DNA of 64,000 nt, from positions 4,992,001 to 5,056,000 of the forward strand of contig OY761158.1 in NCBI GenBank assembly GCA_963664405.1, in the 5' to 3' direction. Shown here piece by piece: positions 58,521 through 64,000 of this stretch. The translations under genes and the position numbers were made by a program. The DNA is from Thermoanaerobaculia bacterium. Its GTDB lineage: Bacteria; Acidobacteriota; Thermoanaerobaculia; Multivoradales; Multivoraceae. The notes under the pieces are model-generated. The model saw only the letters and a list, made by a program, of their open reading frames with translations. It did not search any database and was not told the DNA's origin. The stretch's first letter is position 1; each line of letters starts with the position of its first letter.

Positions 58521-59884
58521 GGATGTGTCCCGTTTTTTGTGGAAATGGGTTCAGGCGTAGTCCTCCGAGTCGTCTTTTGCTAAATCCTACCGTTTACGCG
58601 GCCCTCTCAACCTCGAGCAGGAGCTGAAGCGCCCGGTAGCCGTTAATCCTTCGCAGGTGTATCTGCCCGAAGGCGACGAGCCCCCAGAGGAGCGTGACGC
58701 CGGCAGCCTCGGTGGCAAAGGAGCCCTGGGTTTTAGTGCGGCGACGAAACTCGCGGTTCAGGTTCTCCAGAGCGTTGGTCGTGCGCACCGAACTCCACAG
58801 CGATTTGGGGAGCTCGTAGAAGGTCAGTAGCTGGAACCCTGCCTCCTCAAGGCTGCGAGCCACCGCCGGGACTAGTCGCGACCACTTGGTGACGAACGCC
58901 GCGTAGGCCTTGCGGGCCTGTGCCGCGTCCTCGGCTCGTACGATCGAGTGCCAGTCACGCCGCAGCTCGTCGTGTGCGTGCACCGGGCAGTGTTTCTTCA
59001 GATTCTCCCACTTGTGTTGGACGCAGCGCTGGACTTTGACCTCAGGCCAAGCCTTCAGCGCCGCGGCCAGCCCTTTGTGGCCATCCGTGACCAGGTAGCG
59101 CGGAGCCTGAAGACCTCGGGCCTTCAGATCCTCGATCAGCCACTTCCAGTGCTCGGCGGCCTCGCTCGCGGCTAAACGTAAGGCCACCAGCACCTTGGTG
59201 CCGTCCGGAGTCACACCCAGCACCACCAGCACCGGTACCGAGACCACTCGACGGGCCAAGCGGACCTTCAGGTGAAAGCCATCGAGAAACAGAAGCACGT
59301 AGGACTCCTCCGACAGATCGCGCTCACTCCAGCGAGCAAAAAGCTCCTTCAGCCGAGACACCACACGCGAAACTGCGCTCTTGGACAGGTGCTCCTCACC
59401 CAGCAGCGGAGCCAATGCCTTCTTGATCCGGCGGCTGTTAGCGCCAGCCAGATACGCACCCAGGATCGCGTCATCGACCTCCTGCGTACGACGAGCGTAA
59501 CGCGGCACGATCGCACTGCGAAACTCTACGCTGGCCCCATCCTCGCCGACTAGCCGTCCTCGTGGAATGTCCAGTTCCTTCGACCCACACGCCGTCGTGA
59601 TCAGACGACGCTGCTTGCCGTTGCGATAGCCCGCACGCTCGCCTGAACGCTCGTAGGCGCTGCAGCCCAGCGCCTCGGACAGCTCTTCCTCGAGTGTGAT
59701 CTCGATCGCCGCACGAACACGCTCGCGTAACAACGAACGAATGTCCTGACGGAAGCGTGCAGCTTCCCCTTCCTCGTTGATATTCTCCACCATGGCGTAA
59801 TCCTCCGTTCGCCCTAACCGGCGATGTGTTTGACCACTAGGAGGTTACGCCATTCTCAATTTCCACAGCATTCGGGACGGATCC
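58521..59884 (-). mobile_element. IS256-family insertion sequence, 1364 bp, with 8-bp target-site duplication
   Basis: 26-bp imperfect TIRs (58521-58546 and 59859-59884, 20/26); ttcgtcgt at 58513-58520 and 59885-59892. Confidence 0.93.
58594..59793 (-). CDS. IS256-family (Mutator) DDE transposase
   Basis: GYRNG, IPR, LSKSAVSR, FLDG, VTDGHKGL, QRCVQH, RTTNALENLNREFRRRTK. Confidence 0.95.
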   Translation of the reverse strand: MVENINEEGEAARFRQDIRSLLRERVRAAIEITLEEELSEALGCSAYERSGERAGYRNGKQRRLITTACGSKELDIPRGRLVGEDGASVEFRSAIVPRYARRTQEVDDAILGAYLAGANSRRIKKALAPLLGEEHLSKSAVSRVVSRLKELFARWSERDLSEESYVLLFLDGFHLKVRLARRVVSVPVLVVLGVTPDGTKVLVALRLAASEAAEHWKWLIEDLKARGLQAPRYLVTDGHKGLAAALKAWPEVKVQRCVQHKWENLKKHCPVHAHDELRRDWHSIVRAEDAAQARKAYAAFVTKWSRLVPAVARSLEEAGFQLLTFYELPKSLWSSVRTTNALENLNREFRRRTKTQGSFATEAAGVTLLWGLVAFGQIHLRRINGYRALQLLLEVERAA

Positions 59885-60035
59885 TTCGTCGTCAACCACC
59901 GCCAAGTAGGCACAGTGTGTCTTTAGATAGGGAGAGTCTCTAGACAAGTTAGCAGTTTCCATCGCGCGGCCCGGCGGCGGCCTTCCACAGGAGACCCCGA
60001 TTCAACCGGGTCGCAAGACTCTGGAGGAAAGCATC

Positions 60036-62726
60036 GTGAAAGCCACCGCCCTTAGGTCTTCTATTTGGATCATCGCCATCGCCGCTTCCGCGTTGCCACT
60101 TCTGGCCGACGGCCCGCAGACATCGACCATCGACGGCACCGTAACCGACGCCCAGGGTGGCGGCCTGCCCGGCGTCACCGTGACTCTTACCGGCCCTCAG
60201 AACCCGAGGACCGAGATCACCAACGCCGACGGCGACTATCGCTTCGCCCTTCTCCAGGCGGGTACCTACAACGTCACCGCCAACCTCGAGGGCCTGGGCT
60301 CAGCCGAGCACGCAGTCGTCCTCGACCCGGGGCGGCGCCAGGACGTCGACCTCACGCTCGGGACCGCCACTGCCGAGACCATCACCGTCACCTCCGAGGC
60401 GGCGCTGATCTCGAAGTACGACACCGGCGCCACCACCACCCTCGGGGCAGAGACGCTCGAGCACGCCCCGCAAGCCCAGCGTAACTACTGGTCGAACATG
60501 AGGATGATGGCCGGTGTGGTGTCACAAAACCAGGAATTCGATCAGGGACCCGGGGTCAACGGTGGCAACGCCCAAGAGAACGCCGTCTTCATCGACGGCG
60601 TCGACATCTCCCACAATCGTCGCGGCGGCGAGCTCACCTTCTATATGCCGTCGACCGTGATCGCCGAGAACAAGATGGAATCCGCCGGTTTCGACGCCGA
60701 GTACGGCCGAGGGATCAGCGGGGTGCTGAACACGACGATCAAGACCGGCACCAACAATTTCCACGGCGACTTCCTCTATATCGGCCAGAACCCGGCATGG
60801 CGCGCCGAGAACTGGCTCGGTCACGACCGCCCGGACGATCAGATCCACAGCTTCGAGACCTCGCTCGGTGGCCCGCTGTGGCGCGACAAGGCCTGGTTCT
60901 TCGCCTCCTACAACCAAATGAATGACAACAATCTCGACCAGATTGCTGACGGCACGGTGATCAACACGAACCGCGAATCGAACCCGATGATCGGCAAGTT
61001 CAACACCCAGCCTTCGAGCCGACACCAGCTTACGTTTACCTTTATCGACTCCCCGTCGGCCCGGGAAAACCCACCCGGGACAGCCCAGGACATCTACTCG
61101 CTCACCAACAGTTCGTGGAATAACAGGGTCGAGACCCTGACCTGGAGCTTCGCCATGACCAACTCGGCGTTCCTCGAGGTCAAGGCCGCCCAACGCGACC
61201 TCAACACCGGGCGCAATGGTTCCCCGCCAGCCCCGATCATTCCGGGCGCTTCCATTGACTCACCCGACGGCAACGACTTTCGCTACCGCGATCTCGCCAC
61301 CGCTTTTCGCTACAACGCTCCCTCGTTTCGCCTGGGGTCTGGGGGCAACGACTTTCCGCGCGATCAGGCGAATGGCTCGGTGACCTACTTCAAGGGCAAC
61401 CACGAGCTCAAGGGCGGCATCGACCTCCAGGACATCACTTTTGCGGTGTCGACAACCATCGGGCAGGAGTATTTCGGCAGCGGCTACGGCCGCAGCCTAC
61501 CCGGTGGCTTCGAGAGTCCGAGCGACAAACGGGTCTACGACTGCCCAACCCCTTGCATCACCGCTTACACTACTTTTTTGACTGCCGCCTATGTCCAGGA
61601 CCGAATCACGGTCGGTGACAAGCTCACCTTCCACCTCGGCCTACGCCAGGACACCCAGGACATCGACAACAATCTCGGCCAGCAGGTCATGTCCTACGAC
61701 AAGGTGGTGCCGCGCCTATCGGCGGTCTACGACATCAACGCCGACGGCAAGATGCTGGTGCGGTTTTCCGCCGGGCGCTACTTAGACTTTATCGGCCTCG
61801 GTGTCGTCTTCACGGAGTTCACCTCGGGCGCCAATGGTGAGAATGTATACACCCAGTACTCGTGGAATCCCGCGACGGAGCTCTACGATATCTTTCAGCG
61901 CCGCATCGAGGCCCGTGAACCCCTGGACTCCCAAGTCAACCCCTTCTACAAGGACGAGATCTCGGTGGGCTTCGACTGGCAGTTCGCCGACAACTGGGTC
62001 TTCACCTCGCGCGTGACCAAGTGGGAGATGGATAACATGTTCCACGCCAGCCAGCAGTTCGACGAGCAGGGCCAGGTCGTTCGCGACCTGAGAAACTGGC
62101 CGCAGAACCAACGCGACTACGAGGGCATCTTGTTCCAGGTCAACCGTGCGTTTCGCAACAACTGGTCGCTGCGGATGAACTTCTCGAAGGACTGGAACGA
62201 AGGCAACCATTACTCCCGCAACGACAACGACCCCCACCTATGGGGCCTAGGCGGCGTCGAGGTTTCAACCGGGATTGTCAATCCCACCAGTGGCCCCCTG
62301 TGGTACGGACCCATAGAGTGGCAGCGGGACTACATCGCCAACGTCATCGGCATGAAGCGCTGGGTGTTCGGCAAGCATGACGTCATGACCAGTGCTGCCG
62401 TGCATGCGGCCTCCGGCGAGACCTGGGGATTGCAGCCCCCCACCAGGGTTGCGCACCCGGTGTCCGGCGAGACCCTGAGGGTTTTCACCTTCCGCGAGCA
62501 GAGAGGCACCCAGCAGCTCGAGGACTTCTTCACGCTCAACTTGAATGCCACCTACCAGTTCCCGATCACGGGTGGGGTGCAGGGAATTATCGGCGGCGAG
62601 GCTGCAAACGTCACCAACGAGCAGGTTCTGGTTCGGATCAACACCAGGAACGGCCGACAAAGAACTAGCCTCAACGCTTTCCAGTTGACGCGGGAGTATC
62701 GCCTCAAGCTCGGTATCCGATTCTGA
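60036..62726 (+). CDS. TonB-dependent receptor (Oar-like) with carboxypeptidase-regulatory-like N-domain
   Basis: GTVTDAQGGGLPGVTVTL, IDGVDI, AEYGRGISGVLNTTIKTGTNNFHG, C-terminal LGIRF; GGAGG RBS. Confidence 0.93.
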   Translation: MKATALRSSIWIIAIAASALPLLADGPQTSTIDGTVTDAQGGGLPGVTVTLTGPQNPRTEITNADGDYRFALLQAGTYNVTANLEGLGSAEHAVVLDPGRRQDVDLTLGTATAETITVTSEAALISKYDTGATTTLGAETLEHAPQAQRNYWSNMRMMAGVVSQNQEFDQGPGVNGGNAQENAVFIDGVDISHNRRGGELTFYMPSTVIAENKMESAGFDAEYGRGISGVLNTTIKTGTNNFHGDFLYIGQNPAWRAENWLGHDRPDDQIHSFETSLGGPLWRDKAWFFASYNQMNDNNLDQIADGTVINTNRESNPMIGKFNTQPSSRHQLTFTFIDSPSARENPPGTAQDIYSLTNSSWNNRVETLTWSFAMTNSAFLEVKAAQRDLNTGRNGSPPAPIIPGASIDSPDGNDFRYRDLATAFRYNAPSFRLGSGGNDFPRDQANGSVTYFKGNHELKGGIDLQDITFAVSTTIGQEYFGSGYGRSLPGGFESPSDKRVYDCPTPCITAYTTFLTAAYVQDRITVGDKLTFHLGLRQDTQDIDNNLGQQVMSYDKVVPRLSAVYDINADGKMLVRFSAGRYLDFIGLGVVFTEFTSGANGENVYTQYSWNPATELYDIFQRRIEAREPLDSQVNPFYKDEISVGFDWQFADNWVFTSRVTKWEMDNMFHASQQFDEQGQVVRDLRNWPQNQRDYEGILFQVNRAFRNNWSLRMNFSKDWNEGNHYSRNDNDPHLWGLGGVEVSTGIVNPTSGPLWYGPIEWQRDYIANVIGMKRWVFGKHDVMTSAAVHAASGETWGLQPPTRVAHPVSGETLRVFTFREQRGTQQLEDFFTLNLNATYQFPITGGVQGIIGGEAANVTNEQVLVRINTRNGRQRTSLNAFQLTREYRLKLGIRF

Positions 62727-62761
62727 GCACGTCGAAGCACGATCGGCTTAGCTGAGATCCC

Positions 62762-62796
62762 AAAACACCGGCGGGCGACCGCCGGTGTTTTTCTTT
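62762..62796 (+). terminator. Intrinsic terminator
   Basis: aaaacaccggcgg-gcga-ccgccggtgtttt followed by a T-rich tail. Confidence 0.85.
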
Positions 62797-63022
62797 GGTC
62801 CTTCGGGTAGAAGTGCAAGCCGCTGGTGGACTGGTCTAGTGGTGCATGTTGACCTGTACTCTGATTGACGAGAGAGGGGGATTAGTGTCCTGGAAAAAAG
62901 GAGCGCTCGGGTCTGGACCTTCAGGCGCGGTTGGTGTCCGCGCTGCGAAAGGTGAAGCGGCGACGAGACCTCGATCGGCACGCTCTTGCCCGTATCCGTT
63001 TGGGCTCTGCTAGGGTACTCGG

Positions 63023-64000
63023 ATGCGATCTAAAAGATTCGGCTGCGGTCTCCTGGCTCCCCTCTCTATCGCGGCGCTCCTCCTCGGGGGGTGCCTGAGC
63101 GAACCCAGGAAGAGCTCGGCATCGAAGTCGTTCTACGATCCCACCGCCGATCCGGCAGCCAACCCCGCTTCGCTCTTCGAGCCGCTCACCGAGGCCGAGA
63201 GGTATCGAGCCGATACCGACGCGACCCTGACCCGCTACGCGCTCGACAAGCCGACTTCGCTCAACCCTCTCTTCATCGGAGCCTGGGCCGACAGCTACCT
63301 CTATGAGCTTCTCTTCGATCCGGTGGCGCATCGCAACTCGGAGCTGCGCGCGGTCTGGAACCCCAACGTCGTCGACGAGGTCGAGGAGCTCGAAGGCGGC
63401 CTCATCCACCGCGTGCATCTGCATCCCTTTCTGAAGTGGCACGACGGCGAGCCCTTCACCGCCCACGATGTCCGATTCACCTACGAAGCCATCTCCGACG
63501 ACAGCGTCCCCGCTCTCGACGCCAAGTACAAGATCTCGGAGATCGACGACATCCGCGTCCTCGACGATCACACCTTCGAGGTCCACCATCGCCAGGTCAC
63601 GGCACTTGCGGTCGACAATATGTACTTCCCCACCCTCCCGAAGCACCTTCTCGACAACCCCGAGGAGCGCGCCAAAGACCCCACCATGCGCTCGAGCACC
63701 TTTTTCAACCGCTACAAGCGGGAGCTGGCTATCGGCAACGGCCCCTACCGCTTCGTCGAGTGGATCGAGGGCGACCGCGTGGTGGTGGAGCGCTGGGAGG
63801 AATATCCCTTCACCAAGCCGCCGATAAAGCGCCAGGTGATCACCAGCCAGCCCGACCGTAATACCGCCCTGCTCCAGTTCCGTCAGGGCAATCTCGACGA
63901 CATCTGGCTCACCGTGCAACAGCACGGCAGCCAGACCAACGACGAGGAGTTCCGCGAGGTCGGCGTCAAGGCCTGGAAGCCGCGCTGGATGCAGGCTTAC
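63023..64000 (+). CDS. ABC transporter peptide/nickel substrate-binding lipoprotein, family 5 (runs off the window edge)
   Basis: Manual translation: lipobox LGGC, PTSLNPL, KWHDGEPFTAHDVRFTY, IGNGPYRFVEW. Confidence 0.9.
   Translation, partial: MRSKRFGCGLLAPLSIAALLLGGCLSEPRKSSASKSFYDPTADPAANPASLFEPLTEAERYRADTDATLTRYALDKPTSLNPLFIGAWADSYLYELLFDPVAHRNSELRAVWNPNVVDEVEELEGGLIHRVHLHPFLKWHDGEPFTAHDVRFTYEAISDDSVPALDAKYKISEIDDIRVLDDHTFEVHHRQVTALAVDNMYFPTLPKHLLDNPEERAKDPTMRSSTFFNRYKRELAIGNGPYRFVEWIEGDRVVVERWEEYPFTKPPIKRQVITSQPDRNTALLQFRQGNLDDIWLTVQQHGSQTNDEEFREVGVKAWKPRWMQAY

Noticed and set aside
55658-62796. Diversity-generating retroelement (template/variable repeat pair)
   Set aside because: Differences are not restricted to adenines in either copy (for example GTC/GCC, TCC/CCC, TGG/TTC), the repeat is about 600 bp and includes a terminator, and no reverse transcriptase is in the window.

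Overview
GC-rich bacterial DNA; the gene repertoire suggests Acidobacteriota (inference). Family names come from my recognition of motifs, not from database searches. (1) 1-10.3 kb: four tandem Hanks-type Ser/Thr kinases on the minus strand, here K1-K4 (one TolB-N/TPR type, three membrane beta-propeller types). They look like module-shuffled mosaics, and a 27-bp palindrome TGTCGY-N15-RCGACA occurs 8 times, all intergenic, between 1.9 and 12.4 kb. (2) Arylsulfatase, cyclase, hydrolase, cmk, dCMP deaminase, and a MoxR/DUF58/vWA operon with a MITE in the moxR stop codon. (3) A sulfatase-rich catabolic region (six sulfatases in the window, DUF1549/1553 plus DUF1501, LLM, PhyH, exported enzymes), interspersed with a palindromic repeat family and many short gene shards. 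(4) 49-60 kb: an accessory, decayed region with a PIN toxin-antitoxin pair, integrase and IS91 remnants, a DUF222-HNH gene and an intact IS256 with an 8-bp target-site duplication. (5) An Oar-like TonB-dependent receptor whose 3' 0.6 kb is duplicated 6.5 kb upstream with almost only amino-acid-changing differences, then a partial ABC peptide-binding protein. I saw no rRNA, tRNA, CRISPR array or reverse transcriptase. Several single-base frameshifts and abrupt junctions could be sequencing, amplification or assembly artefacts.
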